Source of the DNA: Nannocystales bacterium
Lineage (GTDB): Bacteria > Myxococcota_A > Polyangia > Nannocystales > Nannocystaceae
NCBI GenBank assembly: GCA_050633305.1
Contig: JBOEGF010000026.1
Location: 1 to 64,000, forward strand
Length of the DNA: 64,000 bases
Reading direction: 5' to 3'
Position numbers and translations under genes: made by a program. Of this stretch, positions 29,182-39,189 are shown in pieces (position 1 is the first letter of the stretch; each line of letters begins with the position of its first letter). The notes beneath the pieces were generated by a model, which was not told the DNA's origin, did not search any database, and saw nothing but the letters and a program-made list of their open reading frames with translations.

Positions 29182-29828
29182 GCCGCTCTCGCGCTCTGAG
29201 TACCGGCGGGCTCGTTGCCGCGGAACTCGGTCATTGTGGCCTGCCCTTCCTGCGTAATGCCGTCGCGACGCAGCGTGACGACGACCGTCTCCAGCAGGAT
29301 CTGCAGGTCGAGCAGCGCGCCGACGCTTTGCGCGTAGACCACGTCCAGCTCGAGCCGTTCGCTCCAGCCCAGGGCATTTCGACCTCGGACTTGAGCGAGC
29401 CCGGTGATGCCGGGGCGCACGTCGTGGCGTCGTGCTTGTCGGTGGTTGTACCGAGGGACGTACCGAAGGTGGAGCGGCCGGGGACCGATCAGACTCATCT
29501 CTCCCCGCAAGACGTTCAGTAGCTCGGGAAGCTCGTCGAGGCTCGTGCTGCGAAGCCACCGGCCAAAGTCGGTCATCCGCTGCGCGTCGGGCAGAAGCTC
29601 ACCGTCGGCGCCGCGTCCATCCGTCATCGTCCGAAACTTCAGGATCGAGAACGGCTCGCCATTTCGCCCCGCACGTCGCTGGCGGAACAGCACGGGGCGG
29701 CCAAGCTTGACCGCGACTGCCGCGGCGACGGCACCCAGAACGGGAGCGGCGATGGCAAGCCCTGCTGAGGCCAGCGCAACGTCGGCACTGCGTTTGAGCC
29801 ATCGTGCGTAGACACCCATCGCATCCAC
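29178..29828 (-). CDS. Small monotopic phosphoglycosyl transferase (bacterial sugar transferase, PglC-like)
   Basis: KR..D, F.Q.R.G, KFRTM, LRSTSLDELP, GEMSLIGPRP, RPGITGLAQV.GRN. Confidence 0.93.
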   Translation of the reverse strand: MDAMGVYARWLKRSADVALASAGLAIAAPVLGAVAAAVAVKLGRPVLFRQRRAGRNGEPFSILKFRTMTDGRGADGELLPDAQRMTDFGRWLRSTSLDELPELLNVLRGEMSLIGPRPLHLRYVPRYNHRQARRHDVRPGITGLAQVRGRNALGWSERLELDVVYAQSVGALLDLQILLETVVVTLRRDGITQEGQATMTEFRGNEPAGTQSARAA

Positions 29829-29889
29829 TCATGCGGCGTGCGGTCGAGGTCCGCCAGCGCCGAAGCGGCCCACGTTGGACCCCCTGGGT

Positions 29890-30492
29890 CTAGTCGGAGG
29901 AGGTGCGACGCCCAAATCGCCCGAGCCACTCCTTGCCCTCGCGGCCCGGGTTGCTCGTCTGCACCGGGACGATGGAGATGGGCTCGAGGAACGGCTCGAC
30001 CAGGTTGGTGACGAGCTCGGGCGTCATCGGATAGGGCGGTCCGTCTTCCGGATCAGCATCGGGGACCACGGGGAAGATGAGCGCGGCGAGCTGGCCCTGG
30101 GTTGGGTGCAGCAGCCGGTCGATCATCTTCGCCCACGAAGGCCGAAGCTCCGGAGGGAGGGCACACAGGAAGGTGTAGTCCCACACGAGCTCAAAGGGGG
30201 CTTCGGGGGTGTACGCAAACGCGTCTGCGACGACGAACTCGACCTGCTCGCGGTGCGGGTGGGTTTCGGCGAGCGTGTCGAAGCGCGTCTTGGCGACCGG
30301 CGCCAGGTCGAGCCCGACGACCGACCGGGTTGGGCCGGCCAGGGTCAACACGTCGTACCCACTGCCGGCGCCTGGCACGACTGCGCGACCCTGCGGAAGA
30401 CCCCCCGCTTCGACCAGCGACCGCAGAACTGGGGCCGAGGTTCCGAGGTCCCAGGGTGTTCGTCCCTCTTCCCATGCTGATTGCCAGGTCAC
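29890..30492 (-). CDS. TPMT/thiol-halide-type SAM-dependent methyltransferase
   Basis: W...W..G.TPWD.G, VPGAGSGYD, GLDLAP, DYTFLCALPP..R..W, GPPY. GTG at 30492 overlaps the upstream TGA. Confidence 0.88.
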   Translation of the reverse strand: MTWQSAWEEGRTPWDLGTSAPVLRSLVEAGGLPQGRAVVPGAGSGYDVLTLAGPTRSVVGLDLAPVAKTRFDTLAETHPHREQVEFVVADAFAYTPEAPFELVWDYTFLCALPPELRPSWAKMIDRLLHPTQGQLAALIFPVVPDADPEDGPPYPMTPELVTNLVEPFLEPISIVPVQTSNPGREGKEWLGRFGRRTSSD

Positions 30493-33131
30493 TTCTTCTT
30501 GGCGCCCTTTTTGTCGTCCTTCTTCGTGTCCTTCTTGTCGTCGGACTTGCCGTTCTTCTTCTTCTCTTCCGCCTTCTTGGCCTCGTTCTTGAGGAAGCGT
30601 TCCCATGCGGCTTCGCGGCCCCGCAACGCACTCCATCGGCGGATCTCGATCTCGGCGGGCTCGATGCCGTGCCGAGCGCGGAGCTCATTGACCAGCTGTG
30701 CGCCGACTTCGGTGCGACACCGGGCGGTGTAGATCAGCTTTTCCTTGCCGGTCTTCTCCAGACGTTCCCAGGGGTCGTAGGGGCCGTTCTTGAACACGTA
30801 CTCCGGCGTGGGGATCGTGTACGTGATGTTGATCAGCTCAACCTTCCGTGGGACCTCGCCGTCGTGCAGCTTCTGCCACTCGCGGCAGTGGTAGCGGCCG
30901 TGCCACTTCTGGTACCAGCTGCCATGGCCGCCCTCGCTGCCGCCGATGCGGCGGTTGATCTTGCGCTGCCGCGTGTACCAGATCCATGGGAGCGGCCGGC
31001 TTTCCTCCGCGTAGATGTCGTTGCGCATGTCCCAGACCTCGCCATCTTGATCGGTGACCAGCACCTTGAGGAATCGGTTCGCGCGCGGCGGGTTGGGAGC
31101 AAACATTTTCCACCCCTGGGTGGTTTGCGTGCGCTGCAGCCACCACTTGAAGGGTTCATGGGTGTGGGTACGCCACTTGAAGCTGTCCTTATCGGGCAGC
31201 AGCCAGCATGCGACGCCAACCACTTGGTAGAGCACCAGGCAAGCTGCCAGCAAGCGCCCGCGTGGACCGTAGGCCCAGGGTTCGCTGATCGTCCCCTGGG
31301 GAACACGCTCGGGCGCGCCTTCGTAGGGATCCGACAAAACCTTGCAGGGCCTGGGCCTCGAGTTCGTCTCTCGCCACATGGACCCCGCGAGGAACGCGAA
31401 CAGACCGACGAGCGTCCAGCCGTAGGCGAGGATGTCCTTGTACTGCAGCAGCACGCCAGAGGCGGCGATGGCCAATCCGATGACCATCGTGGACATGGGG
31501 AGGCGAACACCGTCGTGGTGCAGGTGTGGGAGCGTGGGATCCTCGGCGGGCGTGGGGCCTTTGCCCTCTTGAACCCACTTGGGGATCACCGAGCCCAGGC
31601 CCGGCAGGCGAGAGAACGCCTTGCCGAACACGACGCCGAGCAGCGCCATCTCGGTGCCGCTGATGAACGCGATGAACCCGGAGCTGGTCCCAGGCTGAAA
31701 CCATCCGATGTTCATCAGAACGAACGCGTGAAGCTGGAAGACCAGACCGACGAACACCCAGATGCGGCGTCCCAGGAACCACTTGAGGAACCAGTCGAGG
31801 TCGATGGTGAACTCGCGGCCCCGTAAGGTGAGATGGAACGGACGGTTACGAAGCCGGCGCCACCCGAAGGCGATGATGATCATTCCCAAGATCCAGCCGA
31901 CGCCGAAGACCCATTGGGCTTTTTGAAGCGTCCACCAGCCAGCTTTCCAGGGAGCGAAGTTGGTGACTGGCTTCCCGCTGCGGGCGAAGTGGACAGGCCA
32001 CAGTACTTCGCACAACACGAGGCATCCCAGTCCAAACGCGACCCAGGCCGCGGAGTGCACACGATGGGTGGTCTTGGACCACTTGGGCAGGCGCTCTCGG
32101 ATGCCGAACCGGACGAACATGCCGAGCACCACGACCGGGAACAAAGCCTCCCACGCGTGGGTGATCCACGTGTTGAGCTTGAACATCGTCGTGCCCAGAA
32201 CCGCCGAGAGTTGCTGCGGGGGCAGGCGGTAGAAGTGGTCGAGGTTGAGCGCGTAGTACATCGCGTCGCCTCGCCACCAGACCGAACCGTTCTTGACGAC
32301 GCCCGTGTAGCAGTAGATCGCAGCAACCTGGAGGATGATCAGGATCCGCGGCCACGACGGGATACGGCGGTAGATCGCCTCGAGCCCTTTGGGGTGCTCC
32401 TCAGATGGCGCCACGCCAGCGCCGTCGCCCGGCCCGCCTCGGACCGAGAGCAGGCCCTGTTTTCGAAGCTTACGACAGCGCCACCAGTTGTCGACGCTGT
32501 ACGCACGCCCGCACCGCGAGAGGCACAGGTAGAAGAAGAAGCACCGATAGACGTTCTCCGTGCCCTCCCAGAAGATGTTGTTGCGCAGGATGATGCTGTG
32601 GAACAGGAAGGCTGCGATCCACTTGGTGTAGCGCGTCCACACCCCCAGCATCAGCATCGTCACCGCCAGTTGGAACGCGGCCCAATGGATCCACCACGCT
32701 CGGGGCGAGTCCCAGAAGAACAGCAGGGAGTACTTCGGCCCCTTGAGGAACTGCCACACTCCGGCCCACCCAAAGAAGCCGTACTCATCCCCGGCGAGGC
32801 CGTTGCCAAAGCCGCGGAACTGCTCTCGCGCGAAAACCTGACGGGCAACGTCGCTGATGAAGATGCCCTCGTCGGTGAACAGGTACTCGAAGAGCTCCCA
32901 TAGACCGTTGATGTTGCACATCGCGCAGAACGCAAACACGATGCGAAAGATCCCCATGGTCCGAGGGTCTTCGGCGCGGAGGAAGGCGCGGCGCCATCCT
33001 TCACGGTTGATGATCAGGATCAGCCCAGCCATCACCGCGAGGAACAACATGATCCATCCGGCGGTGGGGGCGAGCTCGAGCGCTTCCTCGTTGGGGATGC
33101 GCTTGAAAAAGGCGAGGAGTGAACCGGTCAC
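30489..33131 (-). CDS. HTTM-domain (vitamin-K carboxylase/SdpB-like) membrane protein fused to an SdpA/DUF5819-like C-terminal domain, paralogue 2
   Basis: LFTDEG, RN.....G.E, YSVDNW, IP.WPR.L..LQ...IY...G..K...W..G.A.YY, MNIGWF; C-terminal QGWKMFAPNPP. Confidence 0.8.
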   Translation of the reverse strand: MTGSLLAFFKRIPNEEALELAPTAGWIMLFLAVMAGLILIINREGWRRAFLRAEDPRTMGIFRIVFAFCAMCNINGLWELFEYLFTDEGIFISDVARQVFAREQFRGFGNGLAGDEYGFFGWAGVWQFLKGPKYSLLFFWDSPRAWWIHWAAFQLAVTMLMLGVWTRYTKWIAAFLFHSIILRNNIFWEGTENVYRCFFFYLCLSRCGRAYSVDNWWRCRKLRKQGLLSVRGGPGDGAGVAPSEEHPKGLEAIYRRIPSWPRILIILQVAAIYCYTGVVKNGSVWWRGDAMYYALNLDHFYRLPPQQLSAVLGTTMFKLNTWITHAWEALFPVVVLGMFVRFGIRERLPKWSKTTHRVHSAAWVAFGLGCLVLCEVLWPVHFARSGKPVTNFAPWKAGWWTLQKAQWVFGVGWILGMIIIAFGWRRLRNRPFHLTLRGREFTIDLDWFLKWFLGRRIWVFVGLVFQLHAFVLMNIGWFQPGTSSGFIAFISGTEMALLGVVFGKAFSRLPGLGSVIPKWVQEGKGPTPAEDPTLPHLHHDGVRLPMSTMVIGLAIAASGVLLQYKDILAYGWTLVGLFAFLAGSMWRETNSRPRPCKVLSDPYEGAPERVPQGTISEPWAYGPRGRLLAACLVLYQVVGVACWLLPDKDSFKWRTHTHEPFKWWLQRTQTTQGWKMFAPNPPRANRFLKVLVTDQDGEVWDMRNDIYAEESRPLPWIWYTRQRKINRRIGGSEGGHGSWYQKWHGRYHCREWQKLHDGEVPRKVELINITYTIPTPEYVFKNGPYDPWERLEKTGKEKLIYTARCRTEVGAQLVNELRARHGIEPAEIEIRRWSALRGREAAWERFLKNEAKKAEEKKKNGKSDDKKDTKKDDKKGAKKK

Positions 33132-33134
33132 GCG

Positions 33135-36119
33135 TTAGTCCTCTTTGCGGTTGGCGGCGGGGCGCTTGACGTCGGCTTTCGCCGTGGTCTTGCTGGGTTT
33201 CTTGGCACGAGCCGTCGCGGAGTCCTTTTTTGGCTTCTTCTTGGCGTTCGGCTTGGCTTTTGGGGACTTCTTGTCGCTCTTGTAGACGGGCTCGCGGCCC
33301 TCCGCCTCGGCGGCTTCTTTTTCGAGCTTGCGTTCCCACTTGCGCTTCTTGTGCTTGAGCCACGGCTTGTACTTCCAGCCCGCCTCTTCATCGAGCGGGG
33401 GCAGCCCGTGACGCTCACGGATGAAGTTGGGCAGCTGCCCCATGACGGTCCGCTTGCAGTCTTCGGTGTGCTCCAGCTTCTCGGCACCGTCGCGTTTGAG
33501 CCGTGCCTCTGCGTCGTACCAACCGTGTCGCCACGTGTCTTCGGGCGACGGCATCCGGTACCACATCTTCACCAGCTCGACCTTCTTGGGGGCGATGCCC
33601 TCGTGCTCGAGTGCCCACTGGCGGCAGATGTAGCGGCCGTACCACTTGCGGTACCACTGCGTGTTACCGGACTCGCCCCCGATGATGCGCCGGTTCATCT
33701 TGCGCATCCGGTCGTTCCAGATCCAGGGGATGGGCTTTCGCTCGGGCGCGTAGACGTCGGTCTTGAGGTCGTAGACTTCGCCGTCCGCATCGGTCACGAG
33801 CACCTTGAGGAAGACGTTGGTCCGCGGTGGGTTGGGCGCAAACATGCCCCAGCCCTGGTCGGTCTGGGTCACAGTGAGCCATTTGGTGAAGACGCGTCTG
33901 GAGTCGTTCCGCCACGTCTTGAGGCTGTCCTTGTCCGGAGTCAGCCAGACGGTCACTGCCGAGATTTGCCAGACCATCAGCGCGCTGATGATGAACCGTC
34001 CCAAGGGACCGTAGGCCCAGGGCATCTTGGGTGCGTCTCCTTCGGTGCGCAGCGCGTTGCTGCCGGGCGCGGGGAAGCGTCCTGGGATGATCTCCGGGGT
34101 CTCGAGGCGTTTGCCCTTGTTGGCGCGCGCGGTCACAAATGCGACGCCGCCCAGGAACGCGACGCCACCGACCCAGATCCATCGCCACTCCCACTCGGGC
34201 TGGACTTCAACCCGGACCACGATGCCGACGAGGATCGTGACGAGTCCGAAGTACAGGGCCCACTCGGGCAACTTCGCGGCGTCGCGACGGTGGTGCGGGA
34301 GGGTGGGGTCCTCGGCGGGGAGGGGCTTGTCGTGTTCGCTGAGCTTCAGCTTGAACAGCAGCCAGGTCACGATCCAAGCCGCCTCGGCGCCGTAGAGGTA
34401 GACGAACGTCTGCGACAGCATCCCGGTTTGGAACTGGCCGATGTTCATCAAGGTGAAGATCCCGCCCATGAGCGCGACGTGCCACGTCAACCAGACTCGT
34501 CGTCCGAGGACCCACGTGGCCACCCAGCGCTGTCCAACGTCGTGCTTTTTCTCGAAGAACTCATCCGCCGCGGCACCATCGATGCGCAGGAGCTTGCGAG
34601 CCTTCGCGACGAGGCCTGGCATGAACTTCATGGTCAGCCAGGGGACGAGGATCGCGATCGCCGTCCAGGCCGCGAGGATGCCGATCTTCCGCCAGATCCA
34701 CTCGGGCATGAGCTTCTGCTTTGCGTTGAGCAGCGGGAAGGTCATCAGCCACAGCATCAGGTCGACGAAGGCGACAAAGCCGACCCACACCATCCACATG
34801 CCCACGCGGCCTCGAATGCGGAAGGGCTTGCGGCCCATCTTCCACCACAGCGCCCACATCGCCAGGAAGCCCCCGACCCACAGAGACAGGAACAGCGTCC
34901 GGTGGATCGCAGGAACGAAGTGGACTTTCCAGGCGATCGCGATGATCGCCGTTGAGGTGCCGATCAGCGAGGCCCAGCACAACCGGACGACCCATGCGCG
35001 CCATCCTCGGGCTGGTGGGAGTTTCTCGCCCATCGCCCACTTCACCAAGACGCCGATGGCGGCGAGGAAGAAGAACACCTCGCCCCAGTGGGCGAACCAG
35101 GAGGAGAACCGCAGCAGGTTGGTCCCTGTGAGCGCAGCGATGCGCTGCGGATGGAACCGGTAGAAGTGGTCCATGTTCCACGCGTAGTAGACCGCGTCTC
35201 CCTTGGCCCAGACGCTTCCGTCCTTGAGAATGCCGGTCGTGGTGTACGTGGCGGCGAGTTGTAGAATCGCCAGCCGCCGCGGCCAGGCCGGAATGAGGCG
35301 GTAGATCGCGGCGAGACCCTTGGGATGCTCGTCGCTGGGCGCAACCCCGGCACCTCCGCCGGGGCCGTCGCGCTCGGACAGCAGGCCTTGCTTGCGGAGC
35401 TTCCGGCAACGCAGCCAGTTGTCGACGCTGTAGGCATGACCGCTCCGTCCGCAGATCAGGTACGCGAGGTACACCCGATAGACGAGCTCCGTGCCCTCCC
35501 AGAACAGGTGGTTCCGGAAAAAGATCGAGTTCATCAAGAAGAAGGTCAGGACCCCCATCAGCCGAGTACGGAATCCGATCACGAACATGAGGGCGCACAA
35601 CTGAAACGCCACCATGTGGATCCAAAAGGCCGTCGGGCTGTCCCAGAAGTACAGGAGCGAGTACTTCGGCCCCTTGAGGAACTCCCAGATCGCCCGGTTG
35701 TCGAAGAACCCCAGCGGTGAGTCTTCAGACAGGCCGTCCCCATAGCCCGCAAACTGACCCGACGCGTGCACCTGCCGCGCGACGTCGGCCGGAAAAATGC
35801 CCTCGTCGGTGAAGAGCATCGTCCAGTACTCGTAGAAGTCGTTCATGTTCGCGATCACGAAGATCCCGAACACGATCCGGTAGATCCCCATGGCGCGTGG
35901 GTCCTCCATGGTCAGCCACCACCGGCGCCAGTACTCGTTGCGCACGATGAGCATGACCACGAGCGAGACGGCGGCGGCGAGCATCAACCACCCGACGGTG
36001 GGAGCGATGGCCACGGCCGCCTCGTTGGGGACCTTGTCATCCTTGAACAGGAAGAACGCGTTGAGAGCGTTGCTCGCGCCCACCAACGCGGGCGCGGAAA
36101 AACCAAGCAAGTTAGACAT
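33135..36119 (-). CDS. HTTM-domain membrane protein fused to an SdpA/DUF5819-like domain, paralogue 1
   Basis: Same motifs as 30489-33131 (LFTDEGIF, FLKGPKYSLL, YSVDNW, QGWGMFAPNPP). Start set at ATG 36119. Confidence 0.8.
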   Translation of the reverse strand: MSNLLGFSAPALVGASNALNAFFLFKDDKVPNEAAVAIAPTVGWLMLAAAVSLVVMLIVRNEYWRRWWLTMEDPRAMGIYRIVFGIFVIANMNDFYEYWTMLFTDEGIFPADVARQVHASGQFAGYGDGLSEDSPLGFFDNRAIWEFLKGPKYSLLYFWDSPTAFWIHMVAFQLCALMFVIGFRTRLMGVLTFFLMNSIFFRNHLFWEGTELVYRVYLAYLICGRSGHAYSVDNWLRCRKLRKQGLLSERDGPGGGAGVAPSDEHPKGLAAIYRLIPAWPRRLAILQLAATYTTTGILKDGSVWAKGDAVYYAWNMDHFYRFHPQRIAALTGTNLLRFSSWFAHWGEVFFFLAAIGVLVKWAMGEKLPPARGWRAWVVRLCWASLIGTSTAIIAIAWKVHFVPAIHRTLFLSLWVGGFLAMWALWWKMGRKPFRIRGRVGMWMVWVGFVAFVDLMLWLMTFPLLNAKQKLMPEWIWRKIGILAAWTAIAILVPWLTMKFMPGLVAKARKLLRIDGAAADEFFEKKHDVGQRWVATWVLGRRVWLTWHVALMGGIFTLMNIGQFQTGMLSQTFVYLYGAEAAWIVTWLLFKLKLSEHDKPLPAEDPTLPHHRRDAAKLPEWALYFGLVTILVGIVVRVEVQPEWEWRWIWVGGVAFLGGVAFVTARANKGKRLETPEIIPGRFPAPGSNALRTEGDAPKMPWAYGPLGRFIISALMVWQISAVTVWLTPDKDSLKTWRNDSRRVFTKWLTVTQTDQGWGMFAPNPPRTNVFLKVLVTDADGEVYDLKTDVYAPERKPIPWIWNDRMRKMNRRIIGGESGNTQWYRKWYGRYICRQWALEHEGIAPKKVELVKMWYRMPSPEDTWRHGWYDAEARLKRDGAEKLEHTEDCKRTVMGQLPNFIRERHGLPPLDEEAGWKYKPWLKHKKRKWERKLEKEAAEAEGREPVYKSDKKSPKAKPNAKKKPKKDSATARAKKPSKTTAKADVKRPAANRKED

Positions 36120-36268
36120 GGGGGGGGTCGGAGTCTCCGTGTAGACGGCGCGCTGGCGCAAGCGCGCCGCGCCGGTTCCTTTAGACCCGCGAACCCACTC
36201 TTCCGGCAAATATCGACACTCTGTGAGCTGACGGGGCGCACAGCGCGCAGGCGAAGCCCCGAGAAGCG

Positions 36269-37630
36269 TCAGTCTGGACAGCTTGCGGGCTCTAGCAGCC
36301 CGAATTCGGCGACTTGCAGCGCGCCGGCTTGAGAGCGGTAGTCCGCACGAACACGCTGCGGCGAGTGCACGGCCTCGCTCACGCGAACCTCGTCCATGAG
36401 CCCGGTCAGCGTTCCCCATTCGCCGTGGCCAAGCTCGAACGGAAGGGGAGGCTCGTCGCTATCCAAGGTGCCGCCTGCCAGCGATGTCATCGTGCCGCGG
36501 GCGTCACCGTTGAAGTACACGGTCGTCTCCGCGGCCTCGGGGTCACGAACGAGCGAGAGGTAGAAGAACTCGCCGATCGGGAGCGCCTTGCCACTGCTCG
36601 CGCCGGAGGTTTCTCCGTCGACCGCTTCCTGGCAGAAGAGCGTTTCACCGCTGTCCGAGTTGTGCCAACACCGCGGGTAGTAGAAGTCTCCATTGAGACG
36701 CTGGAAGAAGCTACCGCGGCTGGCGGGATCGTCCGAATCGACACGAGCCCAGGCCGAGAAGGAGTAGGCGGAGAGCTGGCCTTGAAAGCTCGCAGCGATC
36801 TCGATGATGTCGTCGTCGCCGTCGAACGCGGTCGCCGAGCCGAGCTGGCCCTGGACGTGTTGCTCGGGGGTCATCGTCCCCAGCAGGACGCCAGGCTCTT
36901 CGGGGGTCGCGGCGTTGCTCGTGATGTCGCCCTCCAAGCCCATCGGTGCGTCGTCGAGATGCCAAACTCCGAGATAGTTGGGCGACCACACCGCGGTCGG
37001 GTCTGGGTCTTCGAGGTCCGGGACGAAGGTGAACGTCAGCGTCAGCGTGTCGCTCGCGGCGAACGTCGGTAGCTTCAACCACAGCGCTGGTGTGTCGTCG
37101 AACTGGTCGGCGCGCTCGAAGGAGAGGACGGCTCCGGAGGTGTCCGTGATACGCAGGCCGACCCCGCCCGAAGCCAGCCGTTCGCGACCCTCGGGCCACG
37201 CGTCCAGGGGCAGCCACAGCACGTAGTCGCTCAGGCCTGCGGCGGGAGAAAACGTCCCGGTGTCGATCACCACCTCGGCGGAGTCGCAAGGGTTGGTCCC
37301 GCCCGAGCCCGACTCCGAGCCCATCGGAGAGCTCGAGGCCGAGTCCGACGTTGTTGAGCTGGTCCCCGTGGGCGTCGCGCTCGTCGTCCCCGTGGTCGCG
37401 GGCGGCTCGGCGTCGATGCAAGCGCCGGGGGATTCGGCAGCGTTGGGCGAGCGTGCCCAGCCGCTTTCGCAGCGCCCAGCGTTTTCGGGGTAGGCACATG
37501 CGGCGTCGTCTAGACAACGGCCGGCCAAACCTTCGCGGTTGCAGTCGCCGTCGCGCTCGCATTGGTACGCGCCGAGGGAGGGGCAACCGGCGAGCGCGAG
37601 TCCCCCCAAGATCAGGCCTGCGCGCCGCAT
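36269..37630 (-). CDS. Lipoprotein with Cys-rich N-terminus, DUF2341-like and LamG/concanavalin-like domains
   Basis: Lipobox LAGC, C..DGDC...C, LRITDTSG..LSFE, LWLKLP, VWS..YLGVWHL, FDG.DD, SAW, G.MDEVRVS. Confidence 0.8.
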   Translation of the reverse strand: MRRAGLILGGLALAGCPSLGAYQCERDGDCNREGLAGRCLDDAACAYPENAGRCESGWARSPNAAESPGACIDAEPPATTGTTSATPTGTSSTTSDSASSSPMGSESGSGGTNPCDSAEVVIDTGTFSPAAGLSDYVLWLPLDAWPEGRERLASGGVGLRITDTSGAVLSFERADQFDDTPALWLKLPTFAASDTLTLTFTFVPDLEDPDPTAVWSPNYLGVWHLDDAPMGLEGDITSNAATPEEPGVLLGTMTPEQHVQGQLGSATAFDGDDDIIEIAASFQGQLSAYSFSAWARVDSDDPASRGSFFQRLNGDFYYPRCWHNSDSGETLFCQEAVDGETSGASSGKALPIGEFFYLSLVRDPEAAETTVYFNGDARGTMTSLAGGTLDSDEPPLPFELGHGEWGTLTGLMDEVRVSEAVHSPQRVRADYRSQAGALQVAEFGLLEPASCPD

Positions 37631-37700
37631 CGCAGGGACGAGCATAACATCCGCCAACGCCGTGAGGGACCCGCCGACCTCTCGTGCCGGCTTGGTCGAG

Positions 37701-39173
37701 CTATGCGAACAGCTCGTCGATCGTGCCGGAGACTTCGCCCATCTCGTGATCGATGCCGACGGCTCGCAAGGCGGAGTTCACGACCTGCGCGGGGTGTCCT
37801 CCGGGCCGGGAGATGTGTTGGCCGCCCATCGCGTTGAGGCCACCTGCACGGCCGGCGATCAGCACCGCCATGTTCTCGCTGGAGTGGACGCTGAGAGCAT
37901 CGCCGGACTCGGGGTCAAAGCCCCAGCCTCCTTCGAACAGCAGCACCATCGCGGTGTGGTCCAGGAGGGAAGACCCGTCGAGTTCTTGGGTATCCCGAAG
38001 CTTTTCGACGAGTCGACCCCAGTGTTTGACGTGCCAGGCGACGCCGTCGCTCACCGCGTTGAGACCGACTTCGCCCCCGCCCACGCCGTAGTGTCCAAGC
38101 TCGTGGATGTCGCTCGCGGCCCCGAACAGCGGGTTCGCGTTCAGGAAGCACTGGGCCATCGTGTACATCATGCTCCCCGAACGGCTCAGGTCGCACGTGA
38201 AGGCCATCGCCATCAGGTCTGTGAGGACCGTGGCGCGTGCTTCTTCGTCCGAGTAGGCGCCGCCCGACTCGTAGCCGCCGGTGTCTCCGTTCTCGACGGT
38301 ACCGCCGATTGGAGGGTCTTCACCGGGGTCGGGCAGGAGTTCGCAGGCGCCTTCGGTTGGGGTGGAAACCTCGTCGAGCCGCCGTTCGAGATCGCGGAGC
38401 TCGTCGAGGTGTCGTTCCATCCGTTGCTGATCTGCGCTCCCCAACCGGGCCATCAGAGACTGCGCGTCTTCGAGGACCAAGTCGACGGCCGAACGTCGAC
38501 GGCGCAGGGCGGCGAGCGCGTCGGCAGCTTGTGCCGGGTCGGGCGGAACGAAGCCGGTAAAGAGCGATTCGTAGGCCAATCGGGGGCTTTGAATCGGATC
38601 GACCGGGATGATGCTCCCACCCTCGTCACGGTATGTGATCCGGCCGCGGTCTCCACCGTCACCGTTGCTGCCACGGTAGTACGCGGCTTGGACGCGGTAG
38701 TTGAGGAAGGGGTGGAGGGTGTCCCCACCGAGTCGCTCGGCCGCGATCACTTCGGATGTGGCTCCGTTGGCGGACTCGTTGCTGCCGCTGATCGAGCGGA
38801 CACCGCTGATGAGCGGTGCGGTGGAGTGGGCGTGCCAGCCGATGTGACGGCCCCCTGCTGGGATGCTCCCCTCTTCACCCCACGGGATCTCGAGGTCGGT
38901 GACCACGGAGACCTCGTCGCGGATACCGAGGTCGGTCAGGGGCTGGAGTGCCCGTTTCACGTCGTAGTCGAGGCCGAGGGCGTCGGGCTTGAGGAGGTCG
39001 TAGTCGAAGGTTGGGAAGCTGGTGGAGGTACCAGCGAAGCCCACGAAGTAGCGCCTGGGGATGTCGGCGCCCGCGCGAGCGGTGCCGGTCATCGCCTCGA
39101 GCGCGGGCAAGGCCATGGCGAAGCCCGCGGTACCGCGGAGCAAGGATCGTCGAGACAGTCGGAAGCGAGGCAT
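37701..39173 (-). CDS. DUF1552 family protein (Tat-like leader)
   Basis: SRRSLLRG....ALPALEAM, D...ME.HL..LR.LERR, AFTCDLSR, HELGH, DG.SLLDHT, LIAG.AGG. Confidence 0.88.
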   Translation of the reverse strand: MPRFRLSRRSLLRGTAGFAMALPALEAMTGTARAGADIPRRYFVGFAGTSTSFPTFDYDLLKPDALGLDYDVKRALQPLTDLGIRDEVSVVTDLEIPWGEEGSIPAGGRHIGWHAHSTAPLISGVRSISGSNESANGATSEVIAAERLGGDTLHPFLNYRVQAAYYRGSNGDGGDRGRITYRDEGGSIIPVDPIQSPRLAYESLFTGFVPPDPAQAADALAALRRRRSAVDLVLEDAQSLMARLGSADQQRMERHLDELRDLERRLDEVSTPTEGACELLPDPGEDPPIGGTVENGDTGGYESGGAYSDEEARATVLTDLMAMAFTCDLSRSGSMMYTMAQCFLNANPLFGAASDIHELGHYGVGGGEVGLNAVSDGVAWHVKHWGRLVEKLRDTQELDGSSLLDHTAMVLLFEGGWGFDPESGDALSVHSSENMAVLIAGRAGGLNAMGGQHISRPGGHPAQVVNSALRAVGIDHEMGEVSGTIDELFA

Positions 39174-39189
39174 GTTCGTCAGCTCCTAG

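Noticed and set aside
36120..36419. Long N-terminal extension of the HTTM paralogue given by the ORF track (start 36419)
   Set aside because: It overlaps the upstream LamG gene and is Arg/Ala-rich noise. ATG 36119 fits the paralogue alignment better.
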